Of a stretch of 64,000 nucleotides of DNA, positions 50,430 to 60,553 are shown one piece after another (positions within the stretch are counted from its first letter, which is position 1; each line of letters starts with the position of its first letter). This DNA comes from an uncultured Actinomycetes bacterium (GTDB lineage: Bacteria > Actinomycetota > Thermoleophilia > Gaiellales > Gaiellaceae): the NCBI GenBank assembly GCA_963761485.1, contig CAVXGP010000005.1:352787-416786 (forward strand). Reading direction: 5' to 3'. Position numbers and translations under genes: made by a program. The notes under the pieces were generated by a model that saw only the letters and a program-made list of their open reading frames with translations, had not been told where the DNA came from and ran no database searches.

Positions 50430-51083
50430 GTGTCTGACGAGACGGCACGCACGGTCTACGAGAAGGCAGGGCTCGGCCGGGCGGTCACTCTTGGTGAGCG
50501 CCCGGTCGTTCTCGTCGTCGACTTCAGCTGCGGCTTCACGGATCCTGCGTCGACGCTTGGGTCAGACCTGACCGCGGAGGTGGAGGCGACGAAGCGGCTG
50601 CTCGACGCCGCGCGCGCCAAGGGCCTGCGGGCGATCTTCACGACGATCGGCTTCGAGCCGAACCTGCAGGACGGAGGTCTGTGGCTTCAGAAGGTGCCAT
50701 CGCTCGGCGAGCTTCAGATCGGCGGGCGCTGGGTGGAGATCGACCCGCGCCTCGAGCCGCGGGAGGACGAACCGATCGTGGTCAAGAAGGGTGCGTCGGG
50801 GTTCTTCGGGACGAACCTCGCGTCGATCCTGATCACGCTGGGCGCCGACACGGTCGTGCTTTGCGGCGCGACGACGAGCGGCTGCGTCCGTGCGACCGCG
50901 ATCGACCTCCTCCAGTACGGGTACCCGACGCTCGTTCCCCGCGAATGCGTCGGTGACCGTGCGCAGGCACCACACGACGCGAATCTGTTCGACATCCAGG
51001 CCAAGTACGCGGATGTCGTCTCGCTCGACGAGGCGCTCGCCTACGTGGAGAGCGTGCCCGCGGCGGTCGGCGCACCGGCGTGA
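50430..51083 (+). CDS. isochorismatase-like cysteine hydrolase, copy 3
   Basis: GTG at 50430 lies 1 nt after the dihydropyrimidinase stop. Triad contexts are LVVDFSCGF, VVKKGASGFF and CGATTSGCVRATA. Confidence 0.85.
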   Translation: MSDETARTVYEKAGLGRAVTLGERPVVLVVDFSCGFTDPASTLGSDLTAEVEATKRLLDAARAKGLRAIFTTIGFEPNLQDGGLWLQKVPSLGELQIGGRWVEIDPRLEPREDEPIVVKKGASGFFGTNLASILITLGADTVVLCGATTSGCVRATAIDLLQYGYPTLVPRECVGDRAQAPHDANLFDIQAKYADVVSLDEALAYVESVPAAVGAPA

Positions 51084-51142
51084 CATACCGCGTCGCCTGC
51101 GGCTGAGCCGGACCCCAGCCGGACAGGCACTACGCTCTCTGC

Positions 51143-53071
51143 GTGGGCTCCGCCCTGACGCTCACGGAGACGATCATCGAGCAGCACCGCGCCGGGAGCG
51201 TGGGCGAGGAGATCGAGCTGTGCGTCGACCAGGTGTTGCTCGAGGACGCGACGGGCACGATGGCGTGCCTCCAGTTCGAGCGGTTCGGGATCGACCGTGT
51301 GGCCGCGCCGCTCGTCGTCTCGTACGTGGATCACAACGTCGTCCAGTTCGACAGCAGGAATCCGGAGGATCACGCCTACCTGTCCAGCTTTGCCGCTCGC
51401 TACGGGCTCCTCTACTCGCGTCCCGGCAACGGCATCTCCCACTACCTCCACCTCGAGCGGTTCGCGCGTCCGGGGCAGTTCCTGCTCGGCGCGGACAGCC
51501 ACACGACGATGGCGGGCGCCTTGGGAATGCTTGCAGTCGGGGCGGGCGCGACGGAGGTGGCGGTCGCAATGGCCGGGCAGCCGTACCCTCTCGAGCGTCC
51601 GCGTGTCGTCGGCGTCCAGCTCGAGGGCCACCTGCGCCCGTGGGTGCAATCGAAGGACGTCGTGCTCGAACTGCTCCGCCGCCGCGGGGTCCGTGCTGGT
51701 CGCGGGTGCATCTTCGAGTTCCACGGCGAGGGCGTCGCGATGCTCAGCGCGACCGACCGGGGGACGATCTGCAACATGGTCATGGAGACGGGCGCGACGA
51801 CCGGGATCTTCCCGAGCGACGAGCAAACGAGGACCTGGCTGGCGGCACAGGGTCGCGAGGAGCAGTGGGTGGAGATCGCGGCCGACCCGGGTGCGAGCTA
51901 CGACGACGTCGAGGTCATTGACCTCGACGAGCTCGAGCCGCTGATTGCGCTCCCTTCCTCGCCGGGGAACGTCGTGCCCGTGCGGGAGGCGGCGGGGACG
52001 CCGACGCGGCAAGTCTGTGTGGGCAGCTCGGTGAACTCCTCCTTCGAAGACCTCGCGATCGTCGCCGCCGTGCTGCGCGACCGGGTGGTCTCACCGCAGC
52101 TCGACCTGACGGTCACACCGGGATCGCGCCAGATCCTCGACCTCGCCGTGCGAAGCGGCGTCTACTCCGGCCTGCTGGCAGCGGGGGCGCGCGTCCTCGA
52201 GCCCGCCTGTGGGCCCTGCATCGGGATGACTGCGGCACCCGCAGCCGGAGCCGTCTCCGTTCGCACGTTCAACCGGAACTTCCCCGGCCGAAGTGGTACC
52301 GCAGACGACCGGGTGTACCTCTGCTCGCCCGCGACCGCGGCCGCCACCGCCCTGTCGGGTGAGATCACGGACCCGCGCGAGTTGGGACCTCCACCGCAGC
52401 TCGCGTCGAAGCCGTCGCCGGACCCTTCCCTCGGCGACCGCCAGATCGTCCCGCCGCTCCCTCCCGAGGCGGCGATCCTGGTCGAGCTCGAGAAGGGACG
52501 CAACATCGTCCCGCCGCCGCCTGTACCGCCGCTGCCGGAGGCGATCGAGGGCCGAGTCCTGATCGTCGTCCCGGACGACGTCTCCACCGGCGACATGGCA
52601 CCGGACGGGGCGCTCGGTCTCGCCATCTGGTCGAACATTCCGGCCTGCGCCAGATACATGTTCCGCCGTTTCGATCCCGAGTTTCCCGCCCGAGCGGAGC
52701 AATGGGCCGGCGGACTCGTCGTCGGCGGCCACAACTACGGCCAGGGATCGAGCCGGGAGCAGGCCGCGTTCTCGGCCCTCTACCTCGGCGTGCGTGCGGT
52801 CGTGGCGAAGAGCTTCGCTCGCATCCACCGCTCGAACCTGATCGCGCAGGGAATCCCCTCGCTCGTGTTCGCGAGTGAAGCCGACTACGAACGGGCCGCG
52901 CAGGGGCACGAATGGCGGATTCCCGGCCTCGGCGAGGCGGTTCGGTCGGGACGATCGGAGGTCTGGGCGGAGACTCCCGCCGGCCCCGTCCGGCTCGTGC
53001 TCCGGCTCAGCGACCGCGAGCGCGCGATCATGATGACGGGAGGCCTCGTCGCCTACGCGAAGGCAACCTGA
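51143..53071 (+). CDS. aconitase-family protein, fused catalytic and swivel domains (642 aa)
   Basis: The motifs are GADSHTTMAGALG, CVGSSVNSSFEDL, CGPCIGM and RNFPGRSG. The C-terminal swivel part carries GHNYGQGSSREQAA. Confidence 0.85.
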   Translation: MGSALTLTETIIEQHRAGSVGEEIELCVDQVLLEDATGTMACLQFERFGIDRVAAPLVVSYVDHNVVQFDSRNPEDHAYLSSFAARYGLLYSRPGNGISHYLHLERFARPGQFLLGADSHTTMAGALGMLAVGAGATEVAVAMAGQPYPLERPRVVGVQLEGHLRPWVQSKDVVLELLRRRGVRAGRGCIFEFHGEGVAMLSATDRGTICNMVMETGATTGIFPSDEQTRTWLAAQGREEQWVEIAADPGASYDDVEVIDLDELEPLIALPSSPGNVVPVREAAGTPTRQVCVGSSVNSSFEDLAIVAAVLRDRVVSPQLDLTVTPGSRQILDLAVRSGVYSGLLAAGARVLEPACGPCIGMTAAPAAGAVSVRTFNRNFPGRSGTADDRVYLCSPATAAATALSGEITDPRELGPPPQLASKPSPDPSLGDRQIVPPLPPEAAILVELEKGRNIVPPPPVPPLPEAIEGRVLIVVPDDVSTGDMAPDGALGLAIWSNIPACARYMFRRFDPEFPARAEQWAGGLVVGGHNYGQGSSREQAAFSALYLGVRAVVAKSFARIHRSNLIAQGIPSLVFASEADYERAAQGHEWRIPGLGEAVRSGRSEVWAETPAGPVRLVLRLSDRERAIMMTGGLVAYAKAT

Positions 53072-53154
53072 GGGTCGGACCGGCTTCGCCGCCGCCGCCT
53101 TCCGGGCAGCCGTCCTGCTCGTACTGCCGTGTCGGCGCGAGCTCGGTGTCCCGC

Positions 53155-54396
53155 CTACTGCAGCGCTCGAATCGCGTTCAGGATGATCTCGGCGGCGAGC
53201 GCCGCATCTGCGGGCTCGGCGTCCTCGTCCGGGTGGTGGCTGATCCCGTCGACGCAGGGAACGAAGACCATCGCACTCGGCACGCGCTCGGCGACGCACA
53301 TGGTGTCGTGTGCAGCGCCTGAGTGCATACGCATGTAGGGCTCTCCGGTGGCGACCGCCGCCTCTTCGAGCGCAGCGACGATCGTCGTGTCGAGCGGCGT
53401 GACGGCAAGCGTCTGCCGTGGCCGCACCTCGGCTGTCATCCCTCGGCGCTCGGCAGCGGCCACCGCATGGGTGCCGATCGCGTCCGCGACGCCACGGTAG
53501 CGCTCGTCGACCGGGCCGCGGATGTCGAGCGAGAAGCGCACGGTGCTCGCGATCGCGTTGATCAGGGACGGGTCGACGTCGATCTCGCCGATCGTCCCCA
53601 CGGTGCCGTCACCTGCCTTCATGGCCAGCCGCTCGAGCTCGAGCACCGTCTCGGCGAGCACGAGCGTCGGATCGAGCCGGAAGTCCATGGGCGTCGCGCC
53701 CGCGTGGTCACCGCGACCGTGGACGACGACGTCCGCATGGACGTACCCCGCGATCGCGTGAACGATTCCGATGCGGTTTCCGGTGTCCTGCAGCACCCGT
53801 GCCTGCTCGATGTGCATCTCGATCCACCCGGTGAGGTCGTCGAGCACGTGGATCGACTCGCGCCAGCGTTCGGGGGCATAGCCGGCCTCGGCGGCGTGCT
53901 CCCAGAAGCTGCGCCCGTCGTCGAGCGCGCGAAAGCGCTCGCGGAGATCGTCGTCGCTGACGCGCTGGAGCATGATGCGGCTCCCGAGCAGCATCTGCCC
54001 GAAGCCCGACCCTTCCTCCTCGAGGAACGAGATGACCTGGAGCGGAAGGTCGAGACCGAGCTCAGCGTTCAGGCGGCAGACCTCGAGAGCCGTGACGACG
54101 CCCATCGTGCCGTCGTACTTGCCGCCGTTCCGGTTCGAATCGCAGTGCGAGCCGATGCCGAACACCGGCTCCCCGACCGGGCGGTTGCGCGCAACGAACG
54201 TCCCCACGGGGTCGAAGGAGACGTCGAAGCCCAACTCCTCGAGTGCGCCGGTGAAGCAGTCGAGCGTGTTCCGGTAGACGTCGGTGTACGCGTACCGGCG
54301 AATCGCCTCCGCTGAGAGCGTGTACTCGGGCCCTGCGAGGGACTCGATGTCCCGCTCGATGCGCTCGGTGCTCCGCCCGCGGTCGATCGCGGTCAC
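53155..54396 (-). CDS. M20 Zn-dependent amidohydrolase, N-carbamoyl-amino-acid / beta-ureidopropionase-type, copy 2
   Basis: The ORF is 413 aa with a GTG start. The family hallmark is IGSHCDSNRNGGKYDGTMGVVTALEV. Confidence 0.85.
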   Translation of the reverse strand: MTAIDRGRSTERIERDIESLAGPEYTLSAEAIRRYAYTDVYRNTLDCFTGALEELGFDVSFDPVGTFVARNRPVGEPVFGIGSHCDSNRNGGKYDGTMGVVTALEVCRLNAELGLDLPLQVISFLEEEGSGFGQMLLGSRIMLQRVSDDDLRERFRALDDGRSFWEHAAEAGYAPERWRESIHVLDDLTGWIEMHIEQARVLQDTGNRIGIVHAIAGYVHADVVVHGRGDHAGATPMDFRLDPTLVLAETVLELERLAMKAGDGTVGTIGEIDVDPSLINAIASTVRFSLDIRGPVDERYRGVADAIGTHAVAAAERRGMTAEVRPRQTLAVTPLDTTIVAALEEAAVATGEPYMRMHSGAAHDTMCVAERVPSAMVFVPCVDGISHHPDEDAEPADAALAAEIILNAIRALQ

Positions 54397-54422
54397 GGGG
54401 GGACTCTAGTATCGGCCGTACC

Positions 54423-54737
54423 GTGGAGGAAGAGCTCGAGGAGTGGCCCCCTCCCGAGGCCAGGGTGCAGTCTGCGCTTTGGTACGCGGAGGGCCATCTC
54501 GAGCGCCGTGAGTACTTCGCGGCCTCCCAGGCCCTGACGGACGCGCTTCCAGCCGCAACGGCCGAGCAGCGTCCACTTCTTCTGGGCCTGCGCCACCTCT
54601 CGGCCGCGGGCTACAAGGCGCAGGAGGGCGATCGTGTCCGCGCTCGGCGTCAGCTCGTTCACGCACGCCTTCGCCTCTCGACATTTCCGGAGACGGAGCG
54701 GCTGATCGACCTTGTGGCTCCGGAGGTCGAGTCGTAG
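54423..54737 (+). CDS. hypothetical helical protein (104 aa, possibly DUF309-like)
   Basis: The ORF has a GTG start and G/C-rich third codon positions. LLLGLRHLSAAGYKAQEGD is vaguely DUF309-like. The family is not verified. Confidence 0.45.
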   Translation: MEEELEEWPPPEARVQSALWYAEGHLERREYFAASQALTDALPAATAEQRPLLLGLRHLSAAGYKAQEGDRVRARRQLVHARLRLSTFPETERLIDLVAPEVES

Positions 54738-54746
54738 AGTCGCACC

Positions 54747-55760
54747 ATGGCTGAGAGCTGGCGAAACCGAAAGACCCTGATCCTGAGCCGCAGCGACATG
54801 ACGGGGTTGCTGACCCCTGCCGAGTACGTGGAATGCGTCGAGCACGCCTTCCGGATGCACGGCCTCGGGCGTGTCTACATGGAGCCGAAGGGGCACATCG
54901 TTCTCGACCGCTACCAAGGCGAGTTCGAGGTGATGCCCTCGTACATCGAGGAACCGGAGGCTGCAGCCTGCAAGTGGGTCTCGATTCGTGAAGACAACTC
55001 GAAGTACGAGCTGCCGGCGGTGTTCTCGGTCCTCGTCTACACGCATCCCGAGACGGGTTTTCCGCTCGCCATCTGCGATGGCTCCTACCACACGCTCATG
55101 CGCACGGGAGCGTCCGCGGCAGTCTCGGCGAAGTGGCTCGCCCGCGACGGTTCGCGGAGTCTTGCCATCGTCGGGACGGGCAGCGTCGCCCAGGGAACGC
55201 TCGCGACCTGCGACGCGGTGTTCGACTGGAGCGAGGTTCGCGTCTGGAGCCGCACTCGAGCGTCAGTCGAGCGGTTCCTCGAGTCCGAGCGGCGGAAGTT
55301 TCCGCATCTCGCGATCGAGGGATCGACCGACCTGGAGCGAACCGTCCGTGGCGCCGACGTCATCGTCACGGGCACGCATGCCCGGGGCTGGATCGTCGAC
55401 GACACATGGGTCGAGCCCGGCACGCACATCGCGGCGCTCGGCGCTGATCTCGAGGGCGAGCAGGAGCTGCATCCGGCGATCCTGCAGCACGCCCGAATCT
55501 TCGTGGATGACATCCGACAGTGTGTGCCGGACGGAGAGATCAACGTCGCTCTTCGCGAAGGGCTGATCGCCGAGAGCGATGTCGCCGGCGAGATCGGGAA
55601 GGTGATCTGCGGCGAGCTCGAGGGGCGTCAGACGGACGAGCAGATCACCGTCTTCGACTCGACCGGCATCGCGCTTCAGGACTCTGCGACCGTCCCGCTC
55701 GAATACGAGCGCGCCGTCGCGGCAGGCGTGGGCATCGAGAAGAAGATGATCTCGACGTGA
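54747..55760 (+). CDS. ornithine cyclodeaminase / mu-crystallin family protein
   Basis: The ORF is 337 aa. The motifs are LMRTGASAAVSAKWLAR, LAIVGTGSVAQ, HIAALGAD and VFDSTGIALQD. Confidence 0.85.
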   Translation: MAESWRNRKTLILSRSDMTGLLTPAEYVECVEHAFRMHGLGRVYMEPKGHIVLDRYQGEFEVMPSYIEEPEAAACKWVSIREDNSKYELPAVFSVLVYTHPETGFPLAICDGSYHTLMRTGASAAVSAKWLARDGSRSLAIVGTGSVAQGTLATCDAVFDWSEVRVWSRTRASVERFLESERRKFPHLAIEGSTDLERTVRGADVIVTGTHARGWIVDDTWVEPGTHIAALGADLEGEQELHPAILQHARIFVDDIRQCVPDGEINVALREGLIAESDVAGEIGKVICGELEGRQTDEQITVFDSTGIALQDSATVPLEYERAVAAGVGIEKKMIST

Positions 55761-55877
55761 TGGCCGCGGGGATCTTCGAGGCCGCCGAGCTGAGCGCAGA
55801 GCAAGCCGCGGATCTCGCCCGGTTGCTGGACGAAGGGCGGGACCGCGCATGACCTTCGTCGACGTGCTGGAGCACGC

Positions 55878-56267
55878 ATGACGGAGATCAGCCAGATCCG
55901 GCTCGACCCCGACCCGTACGAGCCGTTTCGGCTCTCGCAGGGATTCCGGGTTGGCGACCTCGTGTTTGTCTCGGGCCAGGCGGCACTCGATGAGAACGGC
56001 CAGATCGTCGGCCCAGGCGACTTCGACGCGCAGGCGCACCAGACCTTCCAGAACCTCGAGCGGGTGCTCCAGGCTGGAGGCTCGAGCCTGGACCGGGTCG
56101 TCAAGGTGACGATCTTCCTCACCGACATGGCGAACTTCGGGAAGATTGTCGAGCTGCGTGGGAAGTGGTTCGGCCCGCCGTACCCAGCGGACACGATCGT
56201 CGAGGTCTCATCCCTGGCGTTGCCGGAGCTCGAGATCGAGATCGAGGCGATCGCTGTGGCTGGGTAG
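55878..56267 (+). CDS. RidA (YjgF/YER057c/UK114) family protein
   Basis: The ORF is 129 aa. The sequence is VFVSGQAALDENGQIVG...KVTIFLTDMANF...PADTIVEVSSLALPELEIEIEAIA. Confidence 0.9.
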   Translation: MTEISQIRLDPDPYEPFRLSQGFRVGDLVFVSGQAALDENGQIVGPGDFDAQAHQTFQNLERVLQAGGSSLDRVVKVTIFLTDMANFGKIVELRGKWFGPPYPADTIVEVSSLALPELEIEIEAIAVAG

Positions 56268-56273
56268 CGGAGC

Positions 56274-56861
56274 TCAGATGCGCGGAACCAGCGGCTCGCC
56301 CGCCAGTAGCCGCTGGAGGCCGCCCATGCCCCAGTGCGACTCGCCTTCGACCGTCAGCAGTGAGGGGACGCCGCGGACACCTGCAGCCTCTGCGACGCGA
56401 CGGATCTCGCGGAGACGTTCGAATCGTCCCGCCGAGTAGGCCGCGGCGACGGCTTCGGTCGGGTCGAGCCCGGCCCGCACCGCGGCGCGTGTGACTTCCG
56501 TGTCGGTGGCGATGTCTTGGCCTTCGCAGAAGAACGCCTCGTACAGCGCCTGCTTGAAGGCCCGCAGCCCGCCCTGCTCGCCGGCCCAGAGACAGGCCGC
56601 GAGTGGAAGCGTCGAGCGCGGCTGATAGCGGGGCAGATGGATCTCGATACCACGCTCGAGCGCGCGTCGGTAGACGTGCTGTGTCCAATCGGTGCGCAGG
56701 TGGTCGCCCCGCACCTCGAGCAGCGGCGCCGGCGCCGGCCGGAGCTCGAAGGGCAGCCACTCGACGTCGGCGGTTCCCGCGTCCTCCGCCGCCTCGAGCT
56801 CGTGCGATTCGAGATACGAGTACGGGCAGACGACGTCGTAGTAGAAGCGAATCTTCCGCAT
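56274..56861 (-). CDS. DsbA-family thioredoxin-fold protein (2-hydroxychromene-2-carboxylate isomerase-like)
   Basis: ATG at 56861 is in the frame of ORF 56274..58175. MRKIRFYYDVVCPYSYL is a typical opening. The remaining upstream part of that 633-aa ORF is antisense noise over the cyclase gene. Confidence 0.8.
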   Translation of the reverse strand: MRKIRFYYDVVCPYSYLESHELEAAEDAGTADVEWLPFELRPAPAPLLEVRGDHLRTDWTQHVYRRALERGIEIHLPRYQPRSTLPLAACLWAGEQGGLRAFKQALYEAFFCEGQDIATDTEVTRAAVRAGLDPTEAVAAAYSAGRFERLREIRRVAEAAGVRGVPSLLTVEGESHWGMGGLQRLLAGEPLVPRI

Positions 56862-56906
56862 GGATAGCCAGGTTATTAGACTCGGCTGCAACCGAGAGGA
56901 GGAGGG

Positions 56907-57872
56907 ATGGCAACCGTGGAAGAGGGCCTCACGTACGAGGCCGTTCTCGAGCAGGACGGCGTGAAGGTCTCGAAGTCCCCCTGGGGGCCGGATGACGAGA
57001 TCGGCCGCCTGAACTGGATCACGCCGGAGACGAACCGTTCGATCCTGGAGCACCTCGACGGGAGCCACGTGTTCGACCTGAACGTGGAGTACTTCATCGG
57101 GATGCCGTCCTGGGTGGCCGCCGGCGACCCGCCGTACGGCATCTGGATGACGCACACGCCGCAAGGGTCGGTGAACGACAACCTGTCCGGTGTCGGCAGC
57201 ACGGTGCACGAGAAGTACTCGTACTGCGGTGACTCGATCCACCTGTACACGCACTGCGGGACGCACATCGACACGCTCAACCACCTCGGCTTCTACGGCA
57301 AGTTCTGGAACGGGTGGACGGCGGACGAGCATCTCGGCAGCCGGATCTGGAACAAGGGCGGCCTCGACAAGTATCCGCCCGTGATCGCGCGCGGCGTGCT
57401 CCTCGACGTCGCCGGCCTGCACGGGGTCGACTGCCTGGACGACGGATACGCGATCACTCCCGACGACCTGAAGAAAGCGGCTTCCGAGCAGGATGTGGAG
57501 ATCCCCCCGAAGAGCGTGGTTCTCGTCAGGACCGGCCGCATGACCAAGTGGCCGGACTTCGACGGCTACCTGAAAAACCCGCCGGGAATCGGGCTTGCCG
57601 CCGCCAAGTACCTCTGCGAAGAGGCGGGGGCGATGTGCATCGCCGGCGACTCGATCGCGCTCGAGGTGCTCCCGTCGGAGGAAGCTGACGTCTTCCTGCC
57701 CGTCCACGCGTACATGTTCGCGACGGCGGGCGCGCAGATCATGGAGGTCGTGAACATGGAGGAGATCGCGGCGGAGAAGCAGTACGAGTTCGCGTTCCTC
57801 GGTTTCCCGCTCAAGCTGCGCGGAGCGACTGGAGCACCCATGCCCTCCTACGCGGTGCCGCTGCGGAGCTGA
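56907..57872 (+). CDS. cyclase family protein (kynurenine formamidase-like fold)
   Basis: The ORF is 321 aa with an RBS GAGGAGGAGGG. It carries the metal motif HCGTHIDTLNH. Confidence 0.85.
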   Translation: MATVEEGLTYEAVLEQDGVKVSKSPWGPDDEIGRLNWITPETNRSILEHLDGSHVFDLNVEYFIGMPSWVAAGDPPYGIWMTHTPQGSVNDNLSGVGSTVHEKYSYCGDSIHLYTHCGTHIDTLNHLGFYGKFWNGWTADEHLGSRIWNKGGLDKYPPVIARGVLLDVAGLHGVDCLDDGYAITPDDLKKAASEQDVEIPPKSVVLVRTGRMTKWPDFDGYLKNPPGIGLAAAKYLCEEAGAMCIAGDSIALEVLPSEEADVFLPVHAYMFATAGAQIMEVVNMEEIAAEKQYEFAFLGFPLKLRGATGAPMPSYAVPLRS

Positions 57873-57874
57873 GG

Positions 57875-58909
57875 TCACTCGAAGATGTCGAGCGGGAGGA
57901 GCGCAGACACGAGCGGGTAGGGGACGTCCACGGCTTCCGAGATGCGCAGATCGACGGCGACCGAGCAGAGCGCGTAGGCAGCCGCGCGCTCGAAGCCGTA
58001 GGTTGCCTCGAGGTACCCGATCATCTCGAGCAATGCCTCGCGAGCCGCGGCGTCGAGGTCCATGGGCACGTCCAGGGCGATGCCCGTCGTCCCCAACCAA
58101 GCGCCGCGTGGCCGCTCCGGAGGTGTCTCGTACCGTGGGAAGCGCTGACGCCAGGCGAGCCCCTGCCTCTTCCATACACGGAAGCGCACGGTGACGGCTC
58201 CCGCGACCTCGATCCCCGTGCCGCAGACCTCGCCGTCCCCTTGCGCGAAGTGGAGGTCCCCGATCGAGAAGAGCGCGCCCGGCACGTGCGTCGGCAGGAA
58301 GAGCCGCGAGCCGGCAACGAGCTGGCGGATGTCGAGGTTGCCGCCGATCTCGCGCGGCGGGATCGTCCGCAGCCCTCCCGCAGCGGCGGGGGGAAGGGCG
58401 CTTTCCGGCGCGCTCTCGGCAACCGGCCCTCCTGCGCTCGCTATGGCCTGCTCCCGCCTCCGAATCTCCTCCATCTGGCCGTGCGCCGGCGCCACGCCGA
58501 TCACGCCCGCGAAGATGGCACCCGGCACGGCGACGCCCGGCAGCTCGCGTGAATGCGCAAAGCCGTCCCGGAGCTCCCAGTGCACGACGTACGGCTCGGT
58601 AAAGAGATCGGCGAGGAAGCCGAACCCGGGGATGACGGCGGTGACCCCGTATTCGGCCGTTTCGTAGGAGACGAGCTCGACCTCGAGCAGGTCACCCGGT
58701 TCGGCTCCCACGACTCCGACCGGGCCTGTCAGCGGATGCCCCAACCCGAGGTCGAGGCGGGCGGCGTCGTCGTGGGTGCTGTCCCCCGTCAGCTGCCCGT
58801 CGAGGCCGTCGCGGGTCTCGAGCGTGATCTCCTCACCGGGAGCGACGGAGGCCACGGGCTCCAGGTCGGGGTGCCAGCGGTTGTGGGGCCTATCGGCACG
58901 GACTCTCAC
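57875..58909 (-). CDS. acetamidase/formamidase family protein
   Basis: GTG at 58909 is in the frame of ORF 57875..58999. The motifs are HPLTGPVGVVGAEPGD...GGNLDIRQL...GDLHFAQGDGEV. Confidence 0.85.
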   Translation of the reverse strand: MRVRADRPHNRWHPDLEPVASVAPGEEITLETRDGLDGQLTGDSTHDDAARLDLGLGHPLTGPVGVVGAEPGDLLEVELVSYETAEYGVTAVIPGFGFLADLFTEPYVVHWELRDGFAHSRELPGVAVPGAIFAGVIGVAPAHGQMEEIRRREQAIASAGGPVAESAPESALPPAAAGGLRTIPPREIGGNLDIRQLVAGSRLFLPTHVPGALFSIGDLHFAQGDGEVCGTGIEVAGAVTVRFRVWKRQGLAWRQRFPRYETPPERPRGAWLGTTGIALDVPMDLDAAAREALLEMIGYLEATYGFERAAAYALCSVAVDLRISEAVDVPYPLVSALLPLDIFE

Positions 58910-58969
58910 GGCAGCCTCTGCACCTCTACGGCAGCCGGTCGGACGAACGGCACGGCTCGATCGTAGGCC

Positions 58970-59015
58970 ACGTGAATGCGCGCCGCGGCGACGTGACACG
59001 TGCAGCCGAACGTGA
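58970..59015. promoter_or_regulatory. three direct ACGTGA repeats plus a CACGTG palindrome in a divergent intergenic region
   Basis: ACGTGA occurs at 58970-58975, 58991-58996 and 59010-59015, with spacings of 21 and 19 nt. CACGTG lies at 58997-59002. All sit inside the 276-nt gap between the formamidase and the aminotransferase. Confidence 0.3.
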
Positions 59016-59185
59016 AAGGATGACGGCGGCGGCTGCGACGCGGCCGCCTAGGGGTTCTCTGCGGCGTGCGGGATCCGCTCGGCGGATTCCGGTCCTGCAG
59101 AGACAAGCGTGCGCGGGGGCGCGTCGGATTCTTTCCCCCTGATCCGGCGCCCACCGCGCACAGTGCTGCCCTAGCCGGCGTTACG

Positions 59186-60550
59186 ATGGGCGGGATGGCG
59201 ATCGTCGAGAAGAGCCCGAATCTCGGTGCGGAGATCGTCGCCGACGCGAAGGAGTACGTCCTCTACTCCTGGTCGACCCAGGACGCGATCAGCCCGATTC
59301 CGGTCGCGGGCGCGGAAGGACGCTACTTCTGGGACTACGACGGTAAGCGCTATCTCGACTTCGCCTCGCAACTCGTCAACGTCAACATCGGGCATCAGCA
59401 CCCGAAGATCATCGCGGCGATCAAGGAGCAGGCCGACAGGCTCTGCACGATCGGGCCTCCCATGGCGAACGAGTCGCGCTCCCACCTCGGGCGCCTCCTC
59501 GCCGAGGTCACCCCCGGCGACCTCTGCATGTCGTTCTTCACGAACTCTGGCGCGGAGGCGAACGAGAACGCGATCAAGCTCGCGCGGCTCTACACGGGCC
59601 GCCACAAGATCATCGCCCGCTACCGCTCGTACCACGGAGCGACGCACGGCTCGATGTCGCTCACCGGCGATCCGCGCCGCTGGCCGAACGAGCCGGGCAT
59701 GGCGGGCGTCGTGCGGATGCTCGACCCGTATACCTACCGTTGCTCGGCCGGGCATCCCGATCCGTGTCCCGTTTGCACGGGCGCACCGCATCTGGAGGAG
59801 CTCCTCGAGTACGAGGGGCCGCAGACCGTGGCTGCCGTGTTCATGGAGACGGTCACCGGCACGAACGGCGTGCTCCCACCGCCGGACGGCTACCTGCAGG
59901 CGATCCGGGAGGTCTGCGATCGCCACGGGATCGTGCTCGTGTTCGACGAGGTGATGGCGGGCTTCGGCCGCACCGGGCGCTGGTTCGCCTGCGAGAACTG
60001 GGACGTCGTCCCGGACATCATCACGGTCGCGAAGGGGATCAACTCCGGCTACGTCCCGCTCGGGGCGATGATCTTCCGTAAGCCGCTCGCCGATTGGGTG
60101 CGGAGCCGCTTCTTCCCGGGCGGGCTCACGTACGCGGGCCACCCGCTCGCCTGCGCCTCGGCGGTGGCGTCGATCGAGGCGTTCCGGGAGGAGGGCGTCG
60201 TCGAGAACGCCGCCCAGGTGGGCGCGTATCTCGGCGAGCAGCTGCGCAGCCTTCAGAAGAGCCATCCGTCGATCGGAGAGGTGCGCGGGCTGGGGTGCTT
60301 CTGGGGCGTCGAGCTCGTGAAGAGCCGCGAGACGCGCGAGATGCTCGTGCCGTTCAATGCATCCGGGGATGCCGCGGCGCCCGTCGCGAGGCTCGCGAAG
60401 GCTGCTCTCGAACGCGGCTTGTACCTCATGACTCACTGGAACGTGATCATGGTCGTCCCACCGCTGACGGTCACCCGCGACGAGGTCGACGAGGGCATCG
60501 CGATCCTCGACGAGACACTCTCGATCGCAGACGAGTATTCAGCCGCGTAA
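59186..60550 (+). CDS. class III (omega) aminotransferase, beta-alanine/taurine:pyruvate-type
   Basis: ATG at 59186 (or 59195) is in the frame of ORF 59066..60550. The sequence is SGAEANENAIKLAR...VFDEVMAGFGRTGRWFA...ITVAKGINSGYVPLG, which contains the PLP-binding Lys context. Confidence 0.9.
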   Translation: MGGMAIVEKSPNLGAEIVADAKEYVLYSWSTQDAISPIPVAGAEGRYFWDYDGKRYLDFASQLVNVNIGHQHPKIIAAIKEQADRLCTIGPPMANESRSHLGRLLAEVTPGDLCMSFFTNSGAEANENAIKLARLYTGRHKIIARYRSYHGATHGSMSLTGDPRRWPNEPGMAGVVRMLDPYTYRCSAGHPDPCPVCTGAPHLEELLEYEGPQTVAAVFMETVTGTNGVLPPPDGYLQAIREVCDRHGIVLVFDEVMAGFGRTGRWFACENWDVVPDIITVAKGINSGYVPLGAMIFRKPLADWVRSRFFPGGLTYAGHPLACASAVASIEAFREEGVVENAAQVGAYLGEQLRSLQKSHPSIGEVRGLGCFWGVELVKSRETREMLVPFNASGDAAAPVARLAKAALERGLYLMTHWNVIMVVPPLTVTRDEVDEGIAILDETLSIADEYSAA

Positions 60551-60553
60551 GGC